Assembly (NCBI GenBank): GCA_000008085.1 | Contig: AE017199.1 | Location: 150,001-182,000 of the forward strand | Direction: 5' to 3' | DNA length: 32,000 bases | Source: Nanoarchaeum equitans Kin4-M | Lineage (GTDB): Archaea; Nanobdellota; Nanobdellia; Nanobdellales; Nanoarchaeaceae | Shown: positions 12,031-21,328 of the stretch, in pieces | Position numbering within the stretch: position 1 is the stretch's first letter | Layout: each line of letters starts with the position of its first letter | Notes under the pieces: generated by a model | What the model was told of the DNA's origin: nothing | Database searches by the model: none | The model's input: the letters and a program-made list of their open reading frames with translations, nothing else | Position numbers and translations under genes: made by a program

Positions 12031-13932
12031 CTATAGGTTAGCAGGTTTTAGAGATAATTTCATTGGCCCATATAATGGTCTAAATGGATACCCTTTTTGC
12101 AATTCTTCCATTTTTGATATTAAGTCTTCTAAACTAGTTTCATAAACTTTGTTTTCATATCTGTCTCTTACAGTTATTTTGTTATTTTTTATTTCTTTTT
12201 CTCCTATTACAATTATATATGGTACCCAAAGTGATTCGGCATCTTTAATTTTTTTATTTAAGGTTTCATCCCTATCATCTAATTCAACTCTAAATTTGCT
12301 TTCTAATTCTTTGGCTATTTGTTCAGCATATTCTAAATATTTCTCACTAACTGGGATAACCCTTACTTGTACTGGGCTTATCCAAAATGGCAATACAGGT
12401 TTTTCTTTTCTTAGAGCAGTATCAAATAAAGCATAAATATATCTTTCTATAGAACCTAAAATGGCGTTGTGCAATATAATAACATGCTTTTCAGATCCGT
12501 CTTTGTCTATATATTTTATACCAAACCTTTTGCTATTGTGTAAATCTATTTGAGTAGTGCCAATCTCTCTTGGCCTTCCTAAAACATCAATAATATGGTA
12601 TTCAATATTTATAATCCAATATCTTTGGTCAGATTTAGGATATATTGCTAACAATAAAGGTTTCTTAACGTCTTTGTATATCTGCTCTATTATGTATTTG
12701 TATTTTTCATAATCCTCGAACGATGCTACATTAATCAACAATTCATAATCTCTACCAATTTTCTTTATCTCTTCCATAATTTTTTTGTGCATATTTAAGA
12801 ATTGTTCTACTGCTTCGTCTAGGTCTTTAGTGAAAACATGCAAATCAGGCATATAGAATTTTCTTAACCTAAAAGCTAATACCACTTCTCCTGGTTGTTC
12901 AAACCTATATGAATCTGCTACTTCTAACATACCAAAGGGCACATTCTTATAAGACAAAGTTAAATCTTTGGCTATAGCGAATTGTTGAAAGCAAGCGGCA
13001 TACCTTAAAACGAACACAGACTTATCGGATTGCACTTCATACATTCTTTCTCCGAATAGTTTGGCATGTTCTGCAACAGGCCCTTGTTTTAAATCAAACA
13101 TGTTAGTGCCTTTAACTATAAAAACTGGGAAAGGCAATTCTTTAGCTATTTTAATAGAATAATCATTAACTAAATCTACCATTAGAGCAGCATAAGGTTT
13201 ATAACGCATATGCCCATAATCCGACAGTGGTTCCCATTCAAATCCAAATTTCTTTGCTACATCATTCAATGGGTTTTTTTCTATTTCTTCTCCTTCACTA
13301 AATACTTCTTTCAAAACCATTTTCTCAAAATCTTGGTTTATTGGTATAGGCAATTCTATCCCATCTTTTGGCAACTCAAAATGCAATTTTTCTTTATTCT
13401 CAATCTCTTTATAGTCCTTTACTAATATTTTATCCTTTTTTCCAACAATTATATATTCTTTTTCCCCATCGTAAATAAGATAGACTTTATTTCCTTCTTC
13501 TTTTTTAACCTTTTTGGGCTTAATGGTTCTAGACAATTCCGCTAATGGGTGGCCTTTAACATGGATTTCAAATTCTTTATACCAACCAAATGGTGCTTTA
13601 TATACCTCGAAACCCTCACTTTTTAATAAATCGTATGCTTTATCTAATACTTCTTTTGCCAATTTTGGAGAAGAGGGATTGTTAGTTAGATGTACATATG
13701 GATATAGTACAACTACTTTTTCTTTTATCCCAATTTTTTCTAAAACTTTCTTTATTTCTTCGACCAATTGTTCTGCCACGCTTAAATTGTCTCCATGCTC
13801 TACAGCAACGAATACTGCTAAATGTTCTTTATTTACATCAAATTCAGGTTTTTCTAATTGGTCTGCTTCCTTTAATGCCTTTTGTCTAGCGATTACTTTT
13901 ATCCTATTGGAATGCAAAAACAGTGCCCGCAT
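12031..13932 (-). CDS. thrS: Threonyl-tRNA synthetase, archaeal type with N-terminal editing domain
   Basis: MRALFLHSNRIKV...; class II motifs FKLR-type core, RYAACFQQFAIAKD, archaeal D-Tyr-deacylase-like N-domain, LPFWISPVQVRVIPVSEKY anticodon domain. Confidence 0.92.
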   Translation of the reverse strand: MRALFLHSNRIKVIARQKALKEADQLEKPEFDVNKEHLAVFVAVEHGDNLSVAEQLVEEIKKVLEKIGIKEKVVVLYPYVHLTNNPSSPKLAKEVLDKAYDLLKSEGFEVYKAPFGWYKEFEIHVKGHPLAELSRTIKPKKVKKEEGNKVYLIYDGEKEYIIVGKKDKILVKDYKEIENKEKLHFELPKDGIELPIPINQDFEKMVLKEVFSEGEEIEKNPLNDVAKKFGFEWEPLSDYGHMRYKPYAALMVDLVNDYSIKIAKELPFPVFIVKGTNMFDLKQGPVAEHAKLFGERMYEVQSDKSVFVLRYAACFQQFAIAKDLTLSYKNVPFGMLEVADSYRFEQPGEVVLAFRLRKFYMPDLHVFTKDLDEAVEQFLNMHKKIMEEIKKIGRDYELLINVASFEDYEKYKYIIEQIYKDVKKPLLLAIYPKSDQRYWIINIEYHIIDVLGRPREIGTTQIDLHNSKRFGIKYIDKDGSEKHVIILHNAILGSIERYIYALFDTALRKEKPVLPFWISPVQVRVIPVSEKYLEYAEQIAKELESKFRVELDDRDETLNKKIKDAESLWVPYIIVIGEKEIKNNKITVRDRYENKVYETSLEDLISKMEELQKGYPFRPLYGPMKLSLKPANL

Positions 13933-13995
13933 TATAATAAAAAAGCTTATAGTATAAAGCTTAAAATTTTTAAATGCAAGATAACATAAAGCCTG

Positions 13996-14080
13996 CCGGG
14001 CGTAGCTCAGCGGCAGAGCGGCCGGCTGTAGTTGTATAGCAGATACCGGCAGGTCGGGGGTTCGAATCCCCCCGCCCGGA
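13996..14080 (+). tRNA. tRNA-Tyr (GTA) with 13-nt intron at 14032-14044 (position 37/38)
   Basis: CCGGGCG/CGCCCGG acceptor (C1-G72), GCCGG-CTGTAG[TTGTATAGCAGAT]A-CCGGC, GGGGG-TTCGAAT-CCCCC; BHB helix CTGT/GCAG. Confidence 0.95.
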
Positions 14081-14114
14081 CTTACCTTTTCATTATTACT
14101 TTTTTTAGAATAAA

Positions 14115-14168
14115 ATCTGTCGAAACCTCCATCATCATAATTCAGCGCACTACGACTTCTTCACAAAA
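14115..14168 (-). ncRNA. Candidate C/D-box sRNA directly downstream of tRNA-Val
   Basis: Minus strand: C GTGAAGA (14164-14158), 12-nt guide AGTCGTAGTGCG, D' CTGA (14145-14142), ATT, C' ATGATGA (14138-14132), 12-nt guide TGGAGGTTTCGA, D CAGA (14119-14116). Confidence 0.72.
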
Positions 14169-14240
14169 TGGGCCCGCGGGGATTCGAACCCCGGACCTCC
14201 GCCTTGTAAGGGCGGCGTCATACCCCTAGACTACGGGCCC
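14169..14240 (-). tRNA. tRNA-Val (TAC)
   Basis: GGGCCCG/CGGGCCC acceptor, CCGCC-CTTACAA-GGCGG, CGGGG-TTCGAAT-CCCCG; TTTAAA centre 23.5 bp upstream. Confidence 0.96.
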
Positions 14241-14309
14241 AGAAGGCAATTAACTTTTGATTTAAAAATATAATGCTAATGTTTATAAACAGTTTTTAGA
14301 CCAATCCCA

Positions 14310-14654
14310 ATGGTGTTAGAAATAGGAAGAGTTGTTGTTAAAACTGCCGGCCGCGAGGCCGGAAGAGTAGGAGTAGTAGTAGACATTATAGATAGGAATT
14401 TCGTATTAATCGATGGCGATTTAAAGAGAAGAAAAGTAAATGTTAAACATGTGGAACCAACTCCAAAGAAAATAGACATACCAAAAGGGGCTGATACGAG
14501 AACAGTTGTTGAAAAAATGATAGAAAATGGAATAAAAGTTAGCCTATGGAAATTAAGAAGGGACAATCTAAAAGATTTGGTTGATAAATTAATAGAAAAA
14601 TTCCCAGAAGTAAAAGAAGATTTAGAGAGGTTAAAAGCTATAGGTAAATGGTAA
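14310..14654 (+). CDS. rpl14e: 50S ribosomal protein L14e
   Basis: EIGRVVVKTAGREAGRVGVVVDIIDRNFVLIDG...KRRKVNVKHVEPTPKKIDI. Confidence 0.93.
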   Translation: MVLEIGRVVVKTAGREAGRVGVVVDIIDRNFVLIDGDLKRRKVNVKHVEPTPKKIDIPKGADTRTVVEKMIENGIKVSLWKLRRDNLKDLVDKLIEKFPEVKEDLERLKAIGKW

Positions 14655-14685
14655 AGCTTTAAAACTATTTTTAGTTTAACCCCCC

Positions 14686-14946
14686 ATGGACATTAACGAA
14701 ATTAGAAGACATGTAATGGAAGGAAAAGCTGTAATAGGTACAAACAAAACTCTTAAATTGTTAAAGCTTGGACAACTTTCTGCTGTAGTATTAGCTAAAA
14801 ATGTTCCCGATTATATAAAAGAAGACATAGAATATTATGCCAAACTATCTAATATACCAGTAATACAAGTAGATTTGTTTAACGATGAATTAGGCGCAGC
14901 TCTAAAGAAAAGGTTTAAAGTTAGTGTTGTAGGAATCTTAAAATAA
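14686..14946 (+). CDS. rpl30e: 50S ribosomal protein L30e
   Basis: GKAVIGTNKTLKLLKLGQLSAVVLAKNVP; operon position before nusA. Confidence 0.9.
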   Translation: MDINEIRRHVMEGKAVIGTNKTLKLLKLGQLSAVVLAKNVPDYIKEDIEYYAKLSNIPVIQVDLFNDELGAALKKRFKVSVVGILK

Positions 14947-14947
14947 T

Positions 14948-15358
14948 ATGGACGATATAGTTTTGGCTTTTGAAGCCATTACTGGAGGTAAACCGATCGC
15001 TTATTATGATGATGGTAAGAGAATACTATTTGTGGTAGATGGTAAAAATGTTGGCAAATACATAGGCAAAGGCGGAAAAAACGTTAAGCTTTTATCTACA
15101 GCATTGAAAAGAGACATATATATTGCCGGTTATTATGAAGATCCTGTTCAATTCATAAAAAGTTTCTATAGAGAATTAGATATAAGCGAAATCGTAAAAG
15201 AAGGCAATAAATATATTGTTAAAATAAACGATAGACAACAAAGGGCTATGGCTATAGGAAAAGAAGGATGGAGAATAAATCTATTAAATAGAGCTTTAAA
15301 AGAATTGTATAATGCTAGTGCTGAGATTTTTCAACCCAAGGAAGAAAACCAACAATGA
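14948..15358 (+). CDS. nusA: Archaeal NusA-like KH-domain transcription factor
   Basis: VGKYIGKGGKNVKLLSTAL and AMAIGKEGWRINLLNRAL KH motifs; downstream of rpl30e. Confidence 0.9.
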   Translation: MDDIVLAFEAITGGKPIAYYDDGKRILFVVDGKNVGKYIGKGGKNVKLLSTALKRDIYIAGYYEDPVQFIKSFYRELDISEIVKEGNKYIVKINDRQQRAMAIGKEGWRINLLNRALKELYNASAEIFQPKEENQQ

Positions 15359-15645
15359 TAACTATACCAACAGAGGTTAAAATTTTAGAAGAAACAGACA
15401 ACTTAATAAAAGTACAATTTAAGGGCGAAACCCACACATTATTTAACGCATTAAAAGAGATAGCTTATACAATTAATGGGGTAAAAAAAGCTGCATATTT
15501 TATAGAACATCCATTAAAAGATAATAATTACTTTATTATTGAAACTGATGGTTCCATAAAAGCAAGAGATGCCTTAATACAGGCATTGAAAAAACTAAAA
15601 GAAGAATTACTAAATTTTAAAGATTGGTACTACTCTAATCTTTAA
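15355..15645 (+). CDS. rpoL: DNA-directed RNA polymerase subunit L
   Basis: FKGETHTLFNALKEIAYTINGVKKAAYFIEHPL. Confidence 0.92.
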   Translation: MITIPTEVKILEETDNLIKVQFKGETHTLFNALKEIAYTINGVKKAAYFIEHPLKDNNYFIIETDGSIKARDALIQALKKLKEELLNFKDWYYSNL

Positions 15646-16207
15646 AATTGGCTCTTTTTGATGGTCTAACTTTTTCTGCGCCCAAGCCCCCATTTCTTAA
15701 CCCCCTAAATTTCCTAGCGCTAGAGGTTTTCCCTCTAAACACTCTACCCCTTTGGTTTTTTTGTAATAACCAAACATATTCGGGCCTGTTATAAATATTG
15801 GGATTAAACGGATCTACCAAAATAACTTCATACCATTTATATAAACCATCTTCTCCAACCCAATAAGAGCCTAATACTTCCATATTCCTATGTAAGCGGT
15901 TAGCCCTCTCTTCAGCAATCCATTGTAAATTAACTCCCAAAGGTCTAATCCTATACTCAGCTTTTGGTCTTCTTCCCCCTTTTATTTCTTCTCTTTTTCT
16001 TGTACCTTTTCTTACTCTAACCCTAACAATTTTTATGCCTGGCAATGGTTTGTAACCTAAAGCCCTAGCCCTATCTATTCTTGTTGGTCTTTCCACTTCA
16101 ACAATTGGGGGTTCTCTCCTCCATTGTTGGATTCTTTGTTTATATAATTCTCCTAAAAATTCTTTTGGATCCTTATATAATGCTCTCACATATTGGTATA
16201 ATCCCAT
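15635..16207 (-). CDS. rpl15e: 50S ribosomal protein L15e
   Basis: MGLYQYVRALYKDP, RARALGYKPLPGIKIVRVRVRKGTRKR, NPNIYNRPEYVWLLQKNQRGRVFRGKTSSARKFRGLRN. Confidence 0.96.
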   Translation of the reverse strand: MGLYQYVRALYKDPKEFLGELYKQRIQQWRREPPIVEVERPTRIDRARALGYKPLPGIKIVRVRVRKGTRKREEIKGGRRPKAEYRIRPLGVNLQWIAEERANRLHRNMEVLGSYWVGEDGLYKWYEVILVDPFNPNIYNRPEYVWLLQKNQRGRVFRGKTSSARKFRGLRNGGLGAEKVRPSKRANFKD

Positions 16208-16255
16208 TCAAAAGCCAATAGATTTTATTTATAAATAGCATTTATGCTAAACCAA

Positions 16256-16570
16256 ATGAAGATACCATCTATGATAAAGACATATTGCCCTTATTGTAAA
16301 AGGCACACAATACATATAGTTAAGCAAGTTAGACCTTCCACAAAAAAATCTGTATTAAGTGCTGGTAAAAGAAGAATGGAAAGAAACACTGTTGGTAAAG
16401 GTAACCACGGCAGGTATAGCAGAAGGCCAATAACCCAATGGAAAAGAGTTGGTGTTAAAGGTGGATCAAAAAGAATAGATTTAAGATTAGTTTGTGAAGA
16501 ATGTGGGAAAGCTATAATAAAAACATTGCCAAGAACTAAGAAATTCGAAATAGTCCCAGTTAAAGCATGA
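16256..16570 (+). CDS. rpl44e: 50S ribosomal protein L44e
   Basis: MKIPSMIKTYCPYCKRHTIH...LVCEECGKAI; start refined to 16256 by homology and TATA spacing (track 16244). Confidence 0.93.
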   Translation: MKIPSMIKTYCPYCKRHTIHIVKQVRPSTKKSVLSAGKRRMERNTVGKGNHGRYSRRPITQWKRVGVKGGSKRIDLRLVCEECGKAIIKTLPRTKKFEIVPVKA

Positions 16571-17163
16571 ACGAAGAAGTAGTTTTACCTCCTGGTTATA
16601 AAGTAGGTAAAAATGCAATAGGTGATGTATATAAAGAAGGCGATTACTATTATACCAAATACATTTCCACAATAAGAAAGCAGGGCGATAAAATAAAAGT
16701 TATAGCTCTAACAAAAGTTTATACCCCTTCCATAGGGGATAATGTTATAGGGATAGTTTATGGTTTAAACCCAATAGGTTTAGAAGTAAACATAGAAGCC
16801 CCATATAAAGCAATAATCCCTTACAAAATTGTTGGCGATCCATTGAAGTTTTATAATAAAATCGTCTTCGCAACAATTAGCTCTATATCCAAGGTTGGTA
16901 TTATAACTTTGTCAAATCCAAAAATAGTAAACGGTTTATTATTAAAAATTAACCCTGCAAAAGTTGCGAGAGTTATTGGTAAAAATGGTTCTATGATCAA
17001 AACAATAAAAGAAAAATTTGGCGTTAATATTATAGTTGGAAAAAATGGATTAATAATAATAAAAGGGGAAACAAAAGATGTGGAAATGGCCGCAAAAGTA
17101 ATAAAAGAAATAGAAAGGAGAGCCCATAGGAAAGGCCTTACTGATTGGGTTAAGAATCTCTAA
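16567..17163 (+). CDS. rrp4: Exosome complex RNA-binding protein Rrp4
   Basis: N-terminal VLPPGYKVG, S1-like domain, KH domain KVARVIGKNGSMIKTIKEKFGVNIIVGKNGLI. Confidence 0.85.
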   Translation: MNEEVVLPPGYKVGKNAIGDVYKEGDYYYTKYISTIRKQGDKIKVIALTKVYTPSIGDNVIGIVYGLNPIGLEVNIEAPYKAIIPYKIVGDPLKFYNKIVFATISSISKVGIITLSNPKIVNGLLLKINPAKVARVIGKNGSMIKTIKEKFGVNIIVGKNGLIIIKGETKDVEMAAKVIKEIERRAHRKGLTDWVKNL

Positions 17164-18512
17164 TGCCGATAGGTTTAGAGATACATATACAATTAAATAC
17201 TGAAACAAAGCTATTTTGTCCTTGTAAAATAGATCCAAATGCAGAGCCTAATACTAATGTATGTGAGATATGCCTAGGATACCCTGGCGCAAAGCCAAGG
17301 CTAAACAAAAAAGCTCTGGAATTAGCAACAAAAATTGCTAAAGCGTTAAATTGTAAAATAAATAAGAAAATCCTATTCTCTAGAAAAGTATATTTCTATC
17401 CAGATTTGCCTAAAAATTACCAAATAACCCAATATAGTAATGTTTTAGGGGAGAATGGTTATATTGATTTAGGAAACAAAAAGATAAGAATTAGAGAAAT
17501 ACATATTGAAGAAGACCCAGCAAAAATAGTAGAACACAAAGAAGGATATATATTATTGGATTTCAATAGAAGTGGTACTCCATTGGTAGAAATAGTTACC
17601 GAACCAGATTTCGAAAATGCTGATGAGGTTAAAGCGTTTTTCAAAAAACTATTGGCCATATTGGATTATTTAGATGCCTTTGATCCAGAAAAAGGTATAA
17701 TCAAAGCAGATGTTAATGTTTCTATCCCAGGGGGAGAAAGAGTAGAAGTAAAAAATGTAACTGGTCTAAAAAATATAGAACAAGCCATAATTTATGAATT
17801 AACTAGACAAAAAGAAATAGTAAAAGCTGGGGGTAAAATAAAGAGAGAAACCAGGCATTTTATAGAGAAATCCAAAAAAACCATACCAGCAAGGGCTAAA
17901 GAATATGAAGAAGATTACGGTTACATCTTCGATAATGATCTACCATATTACGAAGTGCCAGATGTTGAATTACCAATAATGCCTTGGGATCTAGAAAAAG
18001 AGCTAATAAATTTGGGAGTACAAAAAAATTTAGCAGAAGCCATTGCGTATTATTCTAAAAAGCATGCTTTCTTATTTTTGAATATAGCTAAAGAAAACAA
18101 AGAGATTGCTAATGAATTAGCTAAATGGTACCAAGTGTTTTTTGAAACAGAAGCAGATATTAAAACAGTTGAAAAACTAAAAGACGAATTTATTGAAGCG
18201 GTAAAATTGTATTTAAATGGATATCTCAATAACCAAGGTATAAGAAAATCCATAAAAGAGGGCATAAAGGAGGGCTCTATACTAAAAGCAGTAGAGCGCT
18301 ATAAAATTGTTTATCCATCCGATGAAGAGATATTGAGAATAATAAAACAAAACGGGAAAGCCATTTACGATTATTTAAATGGGAAAAAACAGGCAATTAA
18401 TGCTTTACTCGGCTCTGTAATGAAGGCTTACCATTCGAGAGTAGATCCCAAATGGGTTCTAAATAAAATACAAGAGTTAATAAATAAATACTATAACAAA
18501 TCCAATGGATGA
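17163..18512 (+). CDS. gatB: Asp/Glu-tRNA amidotransferase subunit B
   Basis: MPIGLEIHIQLNTETKLFCPC, CEICLGYPGAKPRLN, YFYPDLPKNYQITQY, LDFNRSGTPLVEIVTEPDFENADE. Confidence 0.93.
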   Translation: MPIGLEIHIQLNTETKLFCPCKIDPNAEPNTNVCEICLGYPGAKPRLNKKALELATKIAKALNCKINKKILFSRKVYFYPDLPKNYQITQYSNVLGENGYIDLGNKKIRIREIHIEEDPAKIVEHKEGYILLDFNRSGTPLVEIVTEPDFENADEVKAFFKKLLAILDYLDAFDPEKGIIKADVNVSIPGGERVEVKNVTGLKNIEQAIIYELTRQKEIVKAGGKIKRETRHFIEKSKKTIPARAKEYEEDYGYIFDNDLPYYEVPDVELPIMPWDLEKELINLGVQKNLAEAIAYYSKKHAFLFLNIAKENKEIANELAKWYQVFFETEADIKTVEKLKDEFIEAVKLYLNGYLNNQGIRKSIKEGIKEGSILKAVERYKIVYPSDEEILRIIKQNGKAIYDYLNGKKQAINALLGSVMKAYHSRVDPKWVLNKIQELINKYYNKSNG

Positions 18513-19614
18513 AAAAGAAATAGAGGAAATACTAGAGGAAAATAAAAGGCTAAAATCTATGGTAAATTATTTGCAAAAAGAATTAGAAAAATTTAGAAGT
18601 CCCCCCTTAGTTGTAGCAGAAGTAATAAAGCCTTATGGAGAAAGAGCAATCGTAAGATTGCCAACGGGTATGGAATTGTTAGTGGAAAAGCTATCAAAAA
18701 TAGAAATAGAGCCAGGGGATACTGTATTTCTAAACCAATCTAATATGGTTATTGTAGGCAAAGCAGAAAAAAGGAAAAAATTCAACATCGATGCTTTTGT
18801 TATTACTGAGAAACCAAATGTAGATTGGTCTCAAATTGGTGGGCTTAAAGAGCAAATCGAAGAAATTAGAGAGGCAATTGAATTACCATTAACTAAACCA
18901 GAGATATTCGAAAAAATAGGTATAGAACCTCCAAAAGGTGTTCTATTGTATGGCCCCCCTGGAACTGGTAAAACATTAATAGGAAAAGCTTTAGCCAAAT
19001 CCGCTAATGCCACTTTTATATATATAGTAGGTTCTGAGCTAGTTCAAAAATATATTGGAGAGGGTGCAAAACTAGTTAAAGAATTGTTTGATTATGCTAG
19101 GGAGCACGCCCCAGCGATAGTTTTTATTGATGAAATAGATGCTATCGCTGCTAGAAGAATAGAGACTGGCACTTCTGGAGAAAGAGAAGTACAAAGAACT
19201 TTTATGCAGCTTTTAGCAGAAATAGATGGTTTTAAACCTTTAGATAAGGTAAAGGTTATTGGTGCAACCAATAGATTAGATATATTAGATCCTGCTATAT
19301 TAAGACCTGGCAGATTCGATAGAATAATACATATTCCTTTGCCTGACAAACAAGGAAGAATAGAAATATTCAAAATACATACTAGGAAAATGAGAACTAA
19401 AGACATAGATTATTCATTATTAGCAGAGTTAACCGAAGGTTTTAGCGGGGCAGAGATAAAACAAGTTTGTATAGAAGCAGGTTATTTGGCGATAAGAAAT
19501 AAAAGGGATTATGTTATATTAGAGGATTTCATAAAAGCGATAGACAAAGTAAAGAAAATGCGTAAAAAAGAGGAATACCAACGCTTTTTAAAAGGTTTAT
19601 CTTATTTCGGCTAA
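18505..19614 (+). CDS. pan: Proteasome-activating nucleotidase
   Basis: Coiled-coil N-terminus, [55 protein letters not shown]. Confidence 0.95.
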   Translation: MDEKEIEEILEENKRLKSMVNYLQKELEKFRSPPLVVAEVIKPYGERAIVRLPTGMELLVEKLSKIEIEPGDTVFLNQSNMVIVGKAEKRKKFNIDAFVITEKPNVDWSQIGGLKEQIEEIREAIELPLTKPEIFEKIGIEPPKGVLLYGPPGTGKTLIGKALAKSANATFIYIVGSELVQKYIGEGAKLVKELFDYAREHAPAIVFIDEIDAIAARRIETGTSGEREVQRTFMQLLAEIDGFKPLDKVKVIGATNRLDILDPAILRPGRFDRIIHIPLPDKQGRIEIFKIHTRKMRTKDIDYSLLAELTEGFSGAEIKQVCIEAGYLAIRNKRDYVILEDFIKAIDKVKKMRKKEEYQRFLKGLSYFG

Positions 19615-19934
19615 TGCTCTATTTCGATCCAAATGTTTTAGTTGAAATTATAACCAATGGAGAAAATGCTGAAAAGGCAAAACAAATTTATGAAACCATT
19701 ATAGATAAAGAATTATATGTCTATGAAATACATTTGGGAATAGTATTAGCTAAACTTGAGAGAAAACATTATGATTATGCAAAGACTTTCGCTAATGCAA
19801 TAAAAAAACTAAACATTAAATTATTGCATATAGATATTAAAAAGTTAGTTGAACTATGGGCCCAATTAGGTTCTATAGAGAAAGCTGTATTTGAGATAGC
19901 AAAAAGGGAAGGCTACGAAATTGTTACAATTTAA
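19614..19934 (+). CDS. Small PIN-like domain protein
   Basis: 106 aa, MLYFDPNVLVEIITN start resembling PIN; no antitoxin ORF beside it. Confidence 0.45.
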   Translation: MLYFDPNVLVEIITNGENAEKAKQIYETIIDKELYVYEIHLGIVLAKLERKHYDYAKTFANAIKKLNIKLLHIDIKKLVELWAQLGSIEKAVFEIAKREGYEIVTI

Positions 19935-20403
19935 CTTCTAAAGATATTTTGGGTTCTCCCTTGTAATATTCTTTCGCAACCTCTTCTGCTACTTTATCTA
20001 ATAATTCTTTTCCTTTCTTTGTTATAGCCCTTCCTTTTCTTGGGCTATCAACCCATTGGATTAAACCAGCTTTTTCCAATTGTTGCAATATATATCTCAA
20101 TAGTTTACCGCTTCCTTTGACTTTGTGCCTTTTTCTCATTCCATGTCTCCTTCTTTTTGTGCCTCCATAATATTTTCTTAGCCTAGATAAACCAATTGGG
20201 CCTAATAAATATACTCTTCTTAATACAGATGCTACCCTTTTATACCACCAAACTTCGACTGGCTCATCTGGAGGTCTTTCATTAGCAGGGTTTGTTTTAA
20301 TAAATTTGGCCCACTCTGGAGGTTTTAATTCTTCATATTGTTTTAATACTTCGCTAAGCTTTTCAACCATTAATTGGCCAGGCACATCTTTTACTGTTAC
20401 CAT
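19924..20403 (-). CDS. rps19e: 30S ribosomal protein S19e
   Basis: VKDVPGQLMVEKLSEVLK, EWAKFIKTNPANERPP, WWYKRVASVLRRVYLLGPIGLSRLRKYYGG; start refined to 20403. Confidence 0.95.
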   Translation of the reverse strand: MVTVKDVPGQLMVEKLSEVLKQYEELKPPEWAKFIKTNPANERPPDEPVEVWWYKRVASVLRRVYLLGPIGLSRLRKYYGGTKRRRHGMRKRHKVKGSGKLLRYILQQLEKAGLIQWVDSPRKGRAITKKGKELLDKVAEEVAKEYYKGEPKISLEVKL

Positions 20404-20449
20404 GGGAAGCACTATTTATGATATTTAAAAAATGCTATTGCTCTATAAT

Positions 20450-21328
20450 ATGAAGGTATGGTTCAATGGCCAAATCTTAGATTACGAAGATGTAAGAATA
20501 CCAATAGATACACATGCTTTACATTATGGCTCTTCAGTATTCGAAGGAATTAGGTCCTATAAAGCAAAAAAGGGAGTAGCAGTATTTAGAAATGAAGACC
20601 ACGTAAAAAGGTTTTTCTATTCGATGCAAACTCTTAGAATGAAAATAAAATTTGACGAAAACACTATTAGAGAGGCTATAAAAGAAGTTGTTAGGGTAAA
20701 CAATTTAGAAGATTCATATATAAGGCCAATTGCCTTTTATTCTAAAGGAGGAATAGGATTAGACCCAAGAAAAAATGAAGTGGATATAGCTATATTTGCT
20801 ATACCATGGGGCAAATATCTAAAAGAAGAAGCAAGGGTAACAATTGTTTCTTATGCTAGGCCTAATACTTTAATAACAAATCCCAAAGCCAAAATTGGCG
20901 GTATGTATGTTAATTCTATTTTAGCTACTTTAGAAGCAAAAGAAAGAGGTTTTGACGAAGCTATTATGTTGGATTTAAATGGGTTTGTCGCTGAAGGCCC
21001 TGGAGAAAACATATTTTTAATATACAAAGATAGCAAAACTGCGGTAACTCCAATAGAAGGTTCTATATTACCTGGGATAACTAGAGATACAGTAAAACAT
21101 TTATTGAGAGACCTAGGTTATAATGTAATAGAAAGAAATGTTTTAGTCGATGAACTATTTATCGCAGATGAGTTATTTTTTGTTGGCACTGCAGCGGAGG
21201 TTACACCAATAAAAGAATTAGATGGACAAACCTTCGATACAAGTTTTGGTAAAAAAGTTTATGAAGAATATATGAAAGTTGTTAGAGGAGAAAACAAAAA
21301 ATATGAATATTGGTTAGATTATATATAA
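20450..21328 (+). CDS. ilvE: Branched-chain amino acid aminotransferase (PLP fold type IV)
   Basis: MKVWFNGQILDYEDVRIPIDTHALHYGSSVFEGIRSY, AKIGGMYVNSILATLEAKERGFDEAIMLDLNGFVAEGPGENIF, EGSILPGITRDTV. Confidence 0.9.
   Translation: MKVWFNGQILDYEDVRIPIDTHALHYGSSVFEGIRSYKAKKGVAVFRNEDHVKRFFYSMQTLRMKIKFDENTIREAIKEVVRVNNLEDSYIRPIAFYSKGGIGLDPRKNEVDIAIFAIPWGKYLKEEARVTIVSYARPNTLITNPKAKIGGMYVNSILATLEAKERGFDEAIMLDLNGFVAEGPGENIFLIYKDSKTAVTPIEGSILPGITRDTVKHLLRDLGYNVIERNVLVDELFIADELFFVGTAAEVTPIKELDGQTFDTSFGKKVYEEYMKVVRGENKKYEYWLDYI

Noticed and set aside
12149-13889. Plus-strand ORFs inside thrS (12149-12436, 13210-13425, 13514-13957, 13698-13889)
   Set aside because: Antisense shadows of a strongly conserved synthetase; no motifs or promoters of their own.
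14032-14229. 65-aa plus-strand ORF MYSRYRQVGGSNPPARTYL...AGIRTPDLRLVRAASYP
   Set aside because: Translation of tRNA-Tyr, the antisense of the sRNA and the antisense of tRNA-Val; classic tRNA-derived false ORF.
19614-19934. VapBC-type toxin-antitoxin module
   Set aside because: Only a short PIN-like protein in a housekeeping operon; no antitoxin partner, and typical acidic PIN residues could not be confidently assigned.
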